Made by a program: the position numbers and the translations under genes | Shown here: positions 32,404 to 44,018 of the stretch, piece after piece | Numbering within the stretch: position 1 is the stretch's first letter | Layout: every line of letters begins with the position of its first letter | Notes under the pieces: model-generated | The model's database searches: none | Told to the model about the DNA's origin: nothing | Seen by the model: the letters and a program-made list of their open reading frames with translations, nothing else | DNA from: Hyaloraphidium curvatum SAG 235-1 | Taxonomy: Eukaryota > Fungi > Monoblepharomycota | NCBI GenBank assembly: GCA_025558095.1 | Contig: JAIVFI010000013.1 | Coordinates: 620,001 to 684,000 of the forward strand | Length of the DNA stretch: 64,000 nucleotides | Reading direction: 5' to 3'

Positions 32404-33014
32404 TCAAAAATCAGGCCCGTCAGCGTCGAGATCGTAGGAAAAGGAATGCTGGCCAACATGCGCACACTTTCGTAGCTGCCGCCGCTTACCCTGCGGACAG
32501 GTATGTTTAGATGTGGTTCCTGGCCCCATCGGTGAAGATCGGCTCGGCGCAGGCAGCAGCAGCTTGAGCATCCGCGTACACCTCCACTGCTGATCGTAAC
32601 AGCGTTGTGGATGCGCAACTTGATGGAGAGCGGTCGTGCTGTCGGCCTTGACGCCGCGCGTCGACTGTCGTCGGAGCAGGGTCACGGAAGGCCGTGTCGT
32701 CTCCAAGACCAGCTCCGCCATTTGTGCACTGCAATCGCAGTAGGTTGACTACGATGCCGGCAACCCGCCGAATCTGCATCCATTGGGTCAAGTGGACCTC
32801 GGCACGCTCGTACGGCAGCCGCACACCATGCGGGACATGGCGCCGAGTGATCTTTCCCGGGGCTTTGGCACGTTCGCGGGGCTTCGGAATGCCAGCGCGA
32901 AATCAATGACCGATGGACGCCAAGCTGCGTCGCCACGCGCGAAGCCGAACCACGAATCGCCTTCCGCACTGCATACAGCAGCTTGCTCTTGATAGTGTAG
33001 GATGGTCTGCCCAT
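32404..33014 (-). mobile_element. Degenerate pogo/Tc5 (CENP-B-like) transposase N-terminal relic
   Basis: RPSYTIKSKL...RVATQLGVHRSLISRW (HTH); next frame PYERAEVHLTQWMQIRRVAGIVV (CENP-B/Tc5 HTH); third frame LLRRQSTR; no DDE domain visible. Confidence 0.6.
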
Positions 33015-33202
33015 GCGGGCCAGTAGATGACTCGAAGTTGCTTCTTTGCCGCAAAAGACGGTACATCAGCGAACCCGAGTCGTAGGCGGACAGTCCGCGT
33101 TCTGGTCCCTGAATCTGTCTTCCCCGCGAAAATCGCGGGCCATCGCACGTGGTCGGTGCTGTTTCGCTGTAGCTCAGTGGCCAGCGGACCGCACTGCCCG
33201 CG

Positions 33203-34831
33203 ATGAGCCGCGGTTCGCGGCCGCCTCCGGCCACGGCGCCCGAGGACTCGGTCGCGAACAAGGTCAAGCTGCCCAACACGGGGCGCGCCACCCTGGAGCC
33301 GGGAGCGAACTCGGGCGCGCAGAGGCTGCTGAAGATATTCAACGAGACGGACACGAACGCGGACGGGCACATCAACTATGCGGAGTTCCGCCGGGCGGTC
33401 TTCAAGAACGGTGGGCTGGCTTGTCCCTCGACGAACTGCCTTCTGAACCTATTTTCGTTCTTGTCTCTGCCGTTTATTGCGTGCTCTGGCCCACCTGATC
33501 TCGATTGTCCCCAACCTCCGCGCCCATGGCTTCCAGCCGAGATATCTGACAACTTATGGGTCCGAGACATCCCATCCCACACCCTCTATGCCTTTTTCGC
33601 CCGTATCGACACGGACCGCGACGACCTCATATCCTTTAAGGAGCTGCGCGACGCCTGGCCCTCGCTTTCCCAGCAGGGCTTCATGTCGGCCCTCCATTCC
33701 TTTGTGACCACGTACGACCCGGACTTCAACTCGGAGTTCTCGGTCCGGCCAAACAGGCAGGACCGGACCGCAGGTTTGCTGCCTTCGCTCCTCGGCGGCC
33801 TCGCGTCGAGCGTCAGCAAGACGGTGACGAGCCCGCTGGAGAGGCTGAGGGTTTACTACCAAACGGGCTATCCGGGCGGCGAGTCCGTCGCGAATCGGAG
33901 TCAACTCCAGGAGGCTGTGAAGCGTATCTATGCCGAAGGGGGGGTCGCTGCTTTCTGGAGGGGAAATCTTCTAAACTGCATCAAGATTGTGGGGCATTAG
34001 GCGTTCGCCAGGCGTTCGGTCTGACTCGGCCGCCTCGGCAGGCACCGGAAACAGCGATCAACTTTGCCGTCTTTGAGGCATCGCAACGTTATTTCCAGGA
34101 TTGGGAACGGACAAACAGCATCTCGAGCATGAACCGCCTGGTTAGCGGCGCCATCGCCGGCGTCGTGAGCCAGGCAGCAGTATACCCAGTCGATACCATC
34201 AGGTAGGCCACTTGGCGATTGACCAGGAACACCTGTCGGATGATCCCATGTTCGCAGGACACGGATGATGTCTACGCTGGACGCCGGCTCCGCCTCCGCT
34301 TCCTCCTCCCCCTCCTCCCTCTTCATGACCACCTTTCGCGAGATCCGGCAAACCTCCGGGATCCCGGGCTTTTTCCGCGGCATCGTCCCCGCATCTGCAG
34401 GGATTGCGCCATACTCAGGTATCTACTTCCTTTCCTACGAGACCCTCAAGTCCCGCTTCGGCAAGGGCGAGGGCGGGTCTTCCGCCATCCTCGGGATCGG
34501 CAGCGTGGCGGCCGTGATTGCTGGTGTTTCCACGTACCCGTTAGGGCTCATTCGGACACGGATGATGGCGAGCGGGACGCCTTCGCACCCTTTCGCGAGT
34601 TGCTTTCATCGCTTTCTCTGCGAGCCTGGCTCTGACCTGATGCCTGCACAGGTCTATTCGTCGACGTGGGACTGCATCCGGCAGACGTACCTCCGCGAGG
34701 GGATCGCCGGCTTCTACCGGGGCCAGGTGATCACCCTGGCCAAGTCGGTGCCATCGTCGGCCGTGAGCTTTTACATGTACGAGCGGGGGAAGCAGTGGCT
34801 CAAGGCACGGGACCGAAGCAGCTCGGAGTAA
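33203..34831 (+). CDS. Ca2+-binding mitochondrial carrier (SCaMC/Sal1-like ATP-Mg/Pi carrier), 5 exons, last intron GC-AG 34595-34651
   Basis: EF-hands DTNADGHINYAEF and DTDRDDLISFKEL; carrier signatures PLERLRV, PVDTIRTR, PLGLIRTR; FWRGN, FFRG, FYRG. Confidence 0.9.
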
Positions 34832-34948
34832 TGCTATTCGATTGCGTGTCTCTCTTCGGTTCCTTGATCCTCCTCCGCCTCATCGGGCGGACGGTTGATC
34901 CTCCCGCAAATCCCGGATCCCGCCCTGGCAGGCCCCCTCCGGCGCCTC

Positions 34949-35905
34949 ATGGGCCACTCAGACGTTCTCGTGGCGCGCCTGCGCGCGCACCCGCCGTTCC
35001 GCGACCCGTATGAGCTGAGGTCGACCGGGTCTTCGGGACACCGCGCCGCGGCAAGAAGTTCACGCTGCACACGATGCTCGCGTTTTCTGACACCGGTTGT
35101 AGGTCGCAGTGCTCCTTGTTCCGGCCGGGGACGACCTCGACGTGGTCCTTACGAAGCGGACGGGGACCATGGCGTGGGCGAACGAGGTCGTCTTTCCGGG
35201 GGGGAAGCTGGACAGTTCGGACCCGACGCTGGCACACGCCGCGCTGCGGGAAGCCGACGAGGAAGTCGGCCTCCTGGGCGGCCTATTGGCACATCCCAAG
35301 CCCGGATCAGGCGTTCCCGAGGTGCCGGAGTTTCCCCCCTTTCAGCTCGACGTGCCGGGCGTGTCGCTGGACTTTCTCACGGGCCTGCCGCTCCACCTTG
35401 CCAAGGACTCGCTGGTGGCCTCCCCTTTCGTCTTCCTCCTGAGGCACCACCCGGACTTTCTGCCCGTCCGCAATCCCCGGGAGGTGGCGCCCAGGGGCAT
35501 TTTTCGCGTGCCCCTCTCGGCCTTCCTCGGTCCGCGGTTCCGCTACTCGGCGGGCGGCGCTGAGCGTGGGCCGCCGCAGGGGGTCAGGCATTCCGTGTGG
35601 AGCTCGTGGTGGCGGGGCAGGAAGGTGCACGATTTCCACGTGCCGGCAAGGGTGTGGTGCCGCGGCGAAGAGGGCGGGACGGAAGAGCACAAGGTCACTT
35701 GGGTAGGCCTTTCCGTTCCTGTGATTGAGGGTAGTGTTGGCTCACTGGACGGCAGATGACCGCCGACATCCTCGTCGAGGTGGCCTCGATCGCCTTTGCC
35801 GCCAAACCGACGTTTGAGTTCAACGACGATTGGGCCGCCAAGGTCTCCGAGCTGGGCAACTGGGCGCCGCGGGGCCCGGACGAAATGAGGGCCGGTAGGT
35901 TGTGA
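34949..35905 (+). CDS. NUDIX CoA diphosphatase (PCD1/NUDT7-like), 3 exons (GC-AG intron 35051-35102)
   Basis: HRAA|VAVLLV...VVLTKR...EVVFPGGK...AALREADEEVGL; NPREV; terminal exon W|MTADIL. Confidence 0.85.
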
Positions 35906-36457
35906 AGCTGCACTGCAGCGCTTCGGTTGCCTTGGTGAGTCAATAGGAAGATGATACCCAAGTTTTCGTACCGCCTTCGGGGCGCTAATGTCGATCCGTG
36001 AGCCCGCCCGCGCCTGATGCCCGAGACTCCGCCCTATTGTTACATGGCCACGTCGGCGGGAGAAAGCAACCACATGGAGCCAAGAGCAACTCCCGCCGGC
36101 CGAACTACTCTTGCAAGGTGTTCGTCGCCATCAGCGCGGTTGTTGTTCCGGTCTGTCGCCGTCATCCTCGGCGCATTCAGCTCGGCCCCTTTCGAACGCA
36201 AAGCCAGTGCGAGCTTGAGTCCCGTTAGCGGTCCGTCCAATTAGCCATCGGCCGATCGGGGGCGTTGGCGCGGCGGTTCACGCGGCGAAACCTTTGTAGC
36301 CGAGACCGAAGCTGGTCGTCACCAGCTCGCGCCAGAACTCGAAAGCATCCGAAACAAACACCCGCCCCGCTATAAGTGTCCACTCCGGGCACGGGCGATC
36401 CTCCGCGCAGCAGAGGCGCACATCGCTCTCGATCAACCTCCAACTCCCACTTGCACT

Positions 36458-36882
36458 ATGAGCACCACAGCCCAGGCGTCGAACGCACCCAGTCCCGGAC
36501 AAACGACCGAGGGCAGCGAGCCAGTCGTCACGCGCACGCAGCTGGATGGGACCGACGGCTGGCGCGACTACCCCGCCGACCCTGCTCTGAGGATCTCGGG
36601 CGACCCGAAACCTCGCTTAACATCTTCCGTTCCAAGGGCGATGCCACGCCGGTTCACCGGGCTATGCTGATCTCCCTGGAGCCTTCGAGGTTCAAATATC
36701 GTTTCGTCGGCGACGAATCCTGGCTGGTTCTGAAGGGGCGGGTCACCATCACGCTGGAGGACGAGCAGGTGGTCGACATGAAGCCCGACGACCTTATCTC
36801 CATCAAGGGCGGCCGTGACTCTGTGTGGGAGGTTCATGAGTCCTTCTTAAAGTTCGTCGTCGTCTCGGCGGCATCCCACTGA
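36458..36882 (+). pseudogene. Cupin (EutQ/DUF861-like) gene interrupted by a single frameshift near 36610 (pseudogene or assembly indel)
   Basis: Frame A ...ISGDPK; -1 frame SLNIFR...RFVGDESWLVLKGRVTITLEDEQVVDMKPDDLISIKGG...WEVHESFLKFVV; no intron can explain the shift. Confidence 0.7.
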
Positions 36883-37114
36883 GCCGTCGTTCTAGAGCTT
36901 TTTTGACTCCTTCGAGCTCTACTTGACCCGAACTCTTTTCGATCTTTCCAACTGCGGTTCATTACGACAAACGGACTATAGATATCTTAGAAAAGGGGGG
37001 CGCGAGCGGACGGCATGTGGGCCGATTGCCTGTAAGGCGACGATCCACCGACTGCGTTCCCTGCACATTAAATGGAATATGATACGCATGGTGTACACGA
37101 GCGCAGGCGGCCGC

Positions 37115-39013
37115 CTAGTAGCACTCGATCCGCACGTTCTGGACGAACATCTCGTACCCTGCTTCTCCTTCCGGCGTCTCCCATGGCACGTATCCGCCTG
37201 CCCAGTTGCGGGTGCCCTCGGCGCCCATCCCGCCGTCCCAGATGCCGAACTGCACGAACGCGGCTTCCTCCGGGAACATGGCGGGGTACGCGGCGCGGGT
37301 GACGGTGCGGCAGACGTTGCCGTTGACGAGCCAGACGATGCGGTCGTTGTTCCAGTCTGGGCGCCGGGTCAGGGAGAACAGGCGGGAACAGAGGGTAGGA
37401 CGCACCGATGGTGAAGTCGTTGAAGCTGTAGCGCATGTCGCCCGAGTAGCAGGTGGTGTCGCGGCCGTACGACAGGATGTTGTTCGCGAACCAGTTGGTG
37501 TAGACGCCGTTGGGCATCCGCCCGATGAGCCACTCGAAGTCGATCTCGTCCGCGCGCACGGGCGACATGGTGATGAAGGCGCTCACCTGCCCCGGGCGGG
37601 TCAGACGCCTCCCCAGAAGTGCAGCTCCGCGCGCTACCCACCACACCGGGAGCCTGGTTCGGCCCGATCCGCAGGCGTGCAGTCAGCCTCCCGTTCCTGA
37701 AGGTGAACCCGGAGCTGATGACCGAGTTGAGCCCGTAGAACCTGCCGTCCGCCCCGCGGTCGTACGACCGCTTGAGCATCATCCGCGTGCCCTCGCCCGT
37801 GTACTCGATGTTGTCCCCGCGCCCGTTGCGGGAGACGCCCCAGCCGCCGGGGACGCCGCCCTGGAAGGACCAGAAGCCGGGGGTGCAGCCGCCGCCGCCA
37901 CCACCACCACCTCCGCCGCCGCCGCCGCCGAAGCACGCGGAGGCGGCGGCGCAGCGGCCGGCGTAGCAGCAGCCCGTGCCGGGGCACTGCGCCGTGGTTG
38001 AGCCCGTGCAGGCGCGGCCTGCAGACTTCGGTCAGAGAACGATCCATCCCGCGGCGTTCGAGCGGACCCACCGATGACGCCCCCGCCGTCAGTGGGAACC
38101 GGCGCCTTGGTGGTCGTCGTCCTCGTCCTCGTGGTGGTCCTGGTGCGCGTGAAGCACCGCCCGTTGGGGTCCATCGGCATCCCGTAGCGGCGCCCGCACT
38201 GGCACGGCCTGCACGTGTCGCAGAACGTGCACTTTCCCTTCACGCAGCACCCGGTCTTGCAGCGGCTGGTGGCGTTGGCGGGCTGGTTGGCGGGAGCGCG
38301 GTGCAGCTGTCCCCGAGGAGCAGGCAGCCCGCAGGGCTGATCGGGAGGCGCTGGCGGATACACCAACGGCATCGCGCCGAGTCGGTGTTGGGGCGGGGGG
38401 CGCAGCGGTCGCAGTGCGCGCAGCGGCCGTTCAGGCAGCACGCGGAGGCGCAGCCGCCCCAGGGGCGGCCGGGGGTGACGTTGCAGGCGGCGCCGAGGGA
38501 GCTCATGGCGTTGGGGGAGAGACCGCCGGAGGCGCCGAAGCCGGGGACGGCGCCAGCGTTGGGCTGCATGGCGCGAAGGGTCAGCATGTCGGAGATTGGG
38601 CCGCCGGGGAGAGGTGGAACTGACGTTGTAAGGGATGTTGTCGAACTTGGGGTCAGGGAGCCCTGCCGATGTGGAAAGCCGGGGTCCGAACCGGGTAGGC
38701 AGGTGAAGATGGACCGAATATCGCGCCGGAAATTGCGGAAGCGAACGGAGGAGGCACCGCGAGGTCAGCGTCCGCCATTTCCCGCCGCGGAGAAAGAGGC
38801 AAAAGCCGGCCACCCACACGGCACGTCCGCGCTCCATTTGACCCTTTGCGCCATCACGAGCGGTACTGCTGCCGCCAATACCGCGACGGCGACCGCCGCG
38901 AGGACGCCCCATGCCGCGGCGTTGGGGTTGCCGCCGCGCTGTGCGGCGGGGGCGGCGCCGGGCGGGGGTGCGGCGCCGGGGGCCTCTGCGGCCAGCGGTC
39001 GTGCGGAAGACAT
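37115..39013 (-). CDS. Glycoside hydrolase family 16 (Crh/Utr2-like transglycosylase) with N-terminal TM anchor and Cys-rich modules, multi-exon
   Basis: GVVSAFITMS...DEIDFEW catalytic motif; DWNNDRIVWLVNG; FGIWDGG; WAGG; upstream CC-containing Cys-rich repeats; 5' exon structure approximate. Confidence 0.85.
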
Positions 39014-40361
39014 TTCGATGCGCTCGCGAGAGGAGCCGCAGGGGGTTGCGGCGCTCGCTGAAAGAGTGGCGTGAGTCGGAGGTTGATGAGGCGTAGTGCC
39101 TGGCCTGGAGCGGAATCGGGCTGAGCAAGAGTGAGGGCCTGCAAGCGGAACATCCCCCCAACGTCGCCCTTTGCCGCGAGGTTGCCGCCGGAAGATGGCC
39201 GGAGTAGCTCTTCAGGACGCCGGATGGCAGCCTGCCGAGGATTTCCGAGATTCGTCGACGGAACGGTGTCTTCGGGCCATGACGTCCCTCAGTTCGCCCG
39301 AAGGCTGATGAGTCGATTCACAGGCTTTCAAACACCCCGAAGGGAACCGACGGGCTCCAAATAATGGCGGACGGCTTGGAGATGGACCGTTCGACGTTTG
39401 CGCCTTTGGGGAGGCCCGATGGGGGCTGGGTTCCACGGAGGCCGTGTCCACGTGCGACGGCCAGCTGCGTCTTCCGGGCGGGTCCGCGTCGGCTGCCAAA
39501 CGGCACGCCGCGCCCGACAGGAGAACATTTTGATGGCGTGCGGATGCCGAGGGAGCACCATGTTGGACTGATCAGCTGCCGATCGCCGGTGCTGTGGGCC
39601 GAGGGGGTAATCCCGAAACGGCCTCCGCTCTCGCTTCCGAAGCGCGGAGCCCCGCATCACGGGCCGCAAGTGCGGACAGTGGACCACGTAAAGTGAACGT
39701 GCGGGGACCGCCTGGTGCCCGCGTGCCGGGACGGCCAGGTGGGCCCGCACCGCCTGGCCGTACTGGCTGCGGCATCCCGCGGCCGGCCGGCCGGAAAAGG
39801 GAACCGTCTCCCGGCAATCAGAGTTCACTGCGATGTATTCCATCCTGATGGGAAGACTGGTGACCGGAGCGGGATGGATGCGGGCGGCCGCGGGGAGAAA
39901 CCCCGAGCCTGGGCCGTGGAAGGACTCACCCAGGCGGGTATGTGGTCCGAAGGGGGGGGGAGGGGGGGGCACGGCGGCGCCGGGATGCCATCGTCCTACC
40001 CGGCGGTCCTGCATTTTTGATTTGGCCGCGCATCATCGTCCGCAGGCGGCTGTGTCTCGCAACGGCAGACTGGGATATGCGGGATTTCGCATTGGGCGGC
40101 CCGCTTCCAATAATCCAAATCGGGGTGGCCCAACAAACGCAGCCCCCACACGGATCCCGGCGCGGAGGACGCCGCCAGGGCGCCCTACAGCGCCAAACGA
40201 GCCTCGCGCCCCTTTTGCGGGGCCGAGCGGGCCCGACGGCCGCGAGCGCGCGGCGGGGGAGCGGGCCCTGACTTGTGACTGGACTGACTGGGCGGCTGCT
40301 GTGCCGACGCCGGAGGGAATCGCGTGCCGGGCTGCGCCGGGAGCACGATTCGGACGCGGAA

Positions 40362-42662
40362 ATGAGTGCGGCCGCGGCCGTCGAGCACGCGGCGGCGCCG
40401 GCCGCGATCCACACGGCGCCGCGGCGGCCGGCCGACGTCGCGGGGTCGCCCGCGTCGTCGCTCTCCGACGGCGACCGCACGCCGACCGCCGCGCGGCTGT
40501 CGCGCAACCTGCTGCAGCGCGCAGACCCCTCATCGCCCGCGGACGACGAGCCGCCGACCCCCGGGCCCCCGAAGCGGGCGCAGGGCGGGGCACCGCCCAG
40601 GGTGGACTCGAAGCTGATGATGGACATGTTCGCCGCCGAGCAGGCTGCCAGTGCGGTGCAGGCCGCGGTGCCACCGCCGCCAGACGCCGCGGGTGCCCTG
40701 GACTCGCTGATGGGCGACCTGGAAAAGGCCTTTGGCCGCCGGGACTCCACCGATCCGCCCCTGCTGGACCTGGACAGGCTGATCATCTCGGCCCTGCCTG
40801 CGGATAAGGAGGAATCGCCGCTCACCGCATCGGCGTCGTTCGGCCCGCTCCAATCGACCGGCAGCAGAGGTGGGGACCACTCCGTCCGCACCGGCCCCTC
40901 TTCCCGCTGACGCCCGGCCCCCTCCACGCAGCTTCCAACGACTCCTCCTCCTCGTCCCGCACCCGCAACGAGTCCGGGCCGCCCTCTCCCGTGCCATCCC
41001 ACCCCGAAACCTCCACCCTCGCATCCGCCGGCGACTCCGCCTCGGTGACCACCTACCAGCTCCTCTCCACCCCGCTCAACAAGCACCTCTCCAACGTCGA
41101 GAACGACGTCATCTCCCTCCCCTCGCGGTATTCCGACTGCTCCTACGACGCGCACAGCGTTGCGGCATCGACCAACTCGATCAGCAGCGAGAGCGGCATC
41201 TCCAACGACTCGGGTTCGCAGGAGGAGATTGCGGTTGTGGGTTCCCGCGGCGGCGCGGCATTCGCTGCGGCCGATGACCCGTCTTCGCAGAAGTTCCCCC
41301 CTCTGGGCGACCTCAAGCCCGAAACGCTGGAGCTCTACAGGCAGAACGCCAAGCGGTCCAACGACCCGGCAGTGCAGCTCGAGTTTGCAAAGTACCTCTT
41401 TGTCGCCGCCGAGGGTGCGTCCCAGCTCGCGCCGCCGCAGGTTCCACCCCGCTGACCCCCATTTCCAGCCGCCAAGGAAGCCGAGGACCGCCTCCCCTCC
41501 TCCCCCACCCTCCCCCCCTCCGAAAAACGCACATCCACCCTCCTCCACGCCGAAGCCCTGCGCTGGCTCAAGCGCCTCGCGCACCACGCCTCCCTCGCCT
41601 CGGCCCCGGCCTTCTTCAACCGGCCCCCGCACGCCGAGGCCCAGTTCCTCCTCGCGGAGCTCTACTCCAAGGGCTCCGGGGTGGAGCAGGACGCCGAGAA
41701 GGCGTTCGCGTTGTACGTGCAGGCGACAAAGCAGGCGCATCCGGCGGCGTCGATGAAGACGGCGTGGTGCTACGAGACGGGGAGCGGGACCAAGAAGGAC
41801 CCGGCACGAGCAGGTTCGTCCCGGCCGCCATGCTGCAACGCTATCTGCGACTGACGCACGCACAGTGTTCCACTACCGCAAGGCCGCGATGCTGGGCGAC
41901 CCCTTCGCCATGTACAAGATCGGCACCATCCTCCTTCAGGGCCGCCTCGGGGCCAAGCAGAACCCCCGAGAGGGTGTCCTCTGGCTCAAGCGCGCCGCCC
42001 AGCCCGTCGCCTCCCGCTCCTCCGCCGAATCCCCCAACGCCCTCTTCGAGCTCGCGCAGCTGCACGACGGCACTTCGCGGGCCTGCGCGCCCGCGGACCT
42101 GCAGGGCATCGTGATCCAGGACGACGCCTACGCCTACGCTCTGTACCTCCGCGCCGCCGAGCTCGGGTACCCCCCCGCACAGCACCACCTCGGCGCGGCG
42201 TACGAGCACGGCCTGCTCGGGCTGCCCGTGGACCCGGCGCTCTCGGTGCGGTTCTACGCCTCGGCCGCGGAGAAGGGACACCCCGAGGCCGAGCTCGCCA
42301 TGAGCGGGTGGTACCTCACCGGCGCCGAGGGCGTGGTGGCGCAGAGCGACGCCGAGGCCTACAGGTGGGCCCGCCGCGCGGCGGACAAGGGCTTGGGCAA
42401 GGCAGAGTACGCCGTGGGGTACTACACCGAGAACGGGGTCGGCGTCGAGGCCGATGCGCAGGCGGCGCTGGGGTGGTACCAGCGCGCGGCGGCCAAGGGG
42501 AACAAGCGCGCCGCGGCCAAGGCGGCGGAGCTGTCGCAGGGCCGGCCGCCCGAAAAGGGGCTGCTGGGGAAGCTGGTGCCGGGCAAGAACAGGAAGGGGG
42601 CCATGAGCTTCCTGTCAAAGTCGAGCAGCAACACCTCGCTGTCGACCATGTCGTCGGGGTGA
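40362..42662 (+). CDS. Sel1-repeat chitin synthase regulator (Skt5/Chs4-like), 4 exons
   Basis: LELYRQNAKRSNDPAVQLEFAKYL; multiple Sel1 repeats (AYEHGLLGLPVD, AELAMSGWYLTGAEG, AEYAVGYYTENGVGV). Confidence 0.88.
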
Positions 42663-42851
42663 GGCTGGGATACCCCTGCGTTTTGCATCTTGCGGGAAGG
42701 ACGTTTGGGGGCACGGTGACCGGGGAATCTTGGTGCGCATATGCACGCATCCGGACGCAACGACTACGCGATCATCGCGGCCCTCTTTATCTCTGTCACT
42801 AATCTAAATAGACCTGGTGATTTATTTGCTGCAAACCACGGCGAGATGATT

Positions 42852-42935
42852 GCCGAGTCTGGTTCACTGATTCCAGGTCGCCGAGTCTGGTTCACTGATT
42901 CCAGGTCGCGCGGCGAATTGCTCTGATTCCAGGTT
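42852..42935. repeat. 28-bp tandem repeat (2 perfect copies + 1 degenerate)
   Basis: gccgagtctggttcactgattccaggtc x2, then ...ctgattccaggtt. Confidence 0.9.
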
Positions 42936-44018
42936 GGCTGGCTGCCGGCTTCAGGGGGTCGCTCCCCCCGCCGCTACTTCCCTTGCTAGCTTCGCGCGGA
43001 GCGCGGCCGCGGAGCGGCTTGGCGAGCGCCAGCGAGCTTCGGGTGGCTGGGGAGGGCGGAGCCCCGACCAAGAGGGCAGCAGGCTACAATAACTTTTCGC
43101 GGGCAGTTCTTTCCCCCGGGGACGGCCGGGGACGCAGGCACGCTTGCCCTTGCCGCAGTTGCGCCTTCTGGAGGGGGATCGATTGCCGTCCCCCGCACAA
43201 AGGGATGGACCGCGAGCAGATTTCCATTTGCCTCGCAGGGCCGCGATGTCGACAGTTTCGTACGTCCGCACACGAAGCTCGAATGCGCGCGAGGGCGTTT
43301 TGCACGTGCGCGCGCCGGAAGCCACCTCGAAGTGGTCCGGTTCCGAGCTGGGGACGACCATTGAAGATAGGGTGAGAATGTCACGAACCATCGCAGCTGT
43401 CAGGTGTCGCGCTGATTCCACTGTCTGCAGGTTTCCTTCCTCGAGCGCGAGGCCGAAATCAACCGTACCTTCCGGGGTGAGGTTCTTGCCAGGGTGCGTT
43501 TTCGAAAATTCATGGCCTCCGACCTGCACTGATCCAAAGGTTTTAGTTCGAAAGGATGGAGAACTTCCTCGGCGCGCTGGTCAAGGCCAGCTTGCGAGGC
43601 CTTGGAAGTAGGAGTCGCCACGCGCGGAGGTCCTCGGTCTTGGCGAACGCGAGGCGCAGGATAACGCAATGATTTCCTCGCGTCGCGAGTCGATGGCGGA
43701 TCCCTTGGGGCGGTAGTAGGAAGGTCACTGATACGATTGCATAGCAACCTTGCTCCCGAAGCCCGGGGTGTACGGATGACGACGACGGGTCGGATGTCGG
43801 CGTCGGTGGGTTCCCGCTTCTTCAGTTGACCTGAGAACCGTTTCGATTGCTTTGGATGCGGAGCCACCAAACAAGGAAGTTGATTAGAGATATCTTTGCG
43901 CTTACGTGCGACGTTTTCGTTGCGACTGGCGAAAGGAGCATCCATGTCCGTGATTGAGCGACCGGATACACAGTCGCAAACTGCACGCAGCCCAGCGCAT
44001 CACTCTGATATCGAGCCG

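Noticed and set aside
33163-33235. tRNA-like TAGCTCAGTGG ... GGTTCG
   Set aside because: No acceptor stem or anticodon arm pairing; overlaps the start of the mitochondrial carrier CDS
34831-35013. TAATG stop/start overlap suggesting translational coupling of carrier and Nudix genes
   Set aside because: That ATG opens a frame unrelated to the Nudix protein, whose ATG is at 34949
42852-42935. CRISPR-like repeat
   Set aside because: Direct tandem copies without spacers, eukaryotic context, no cas genes
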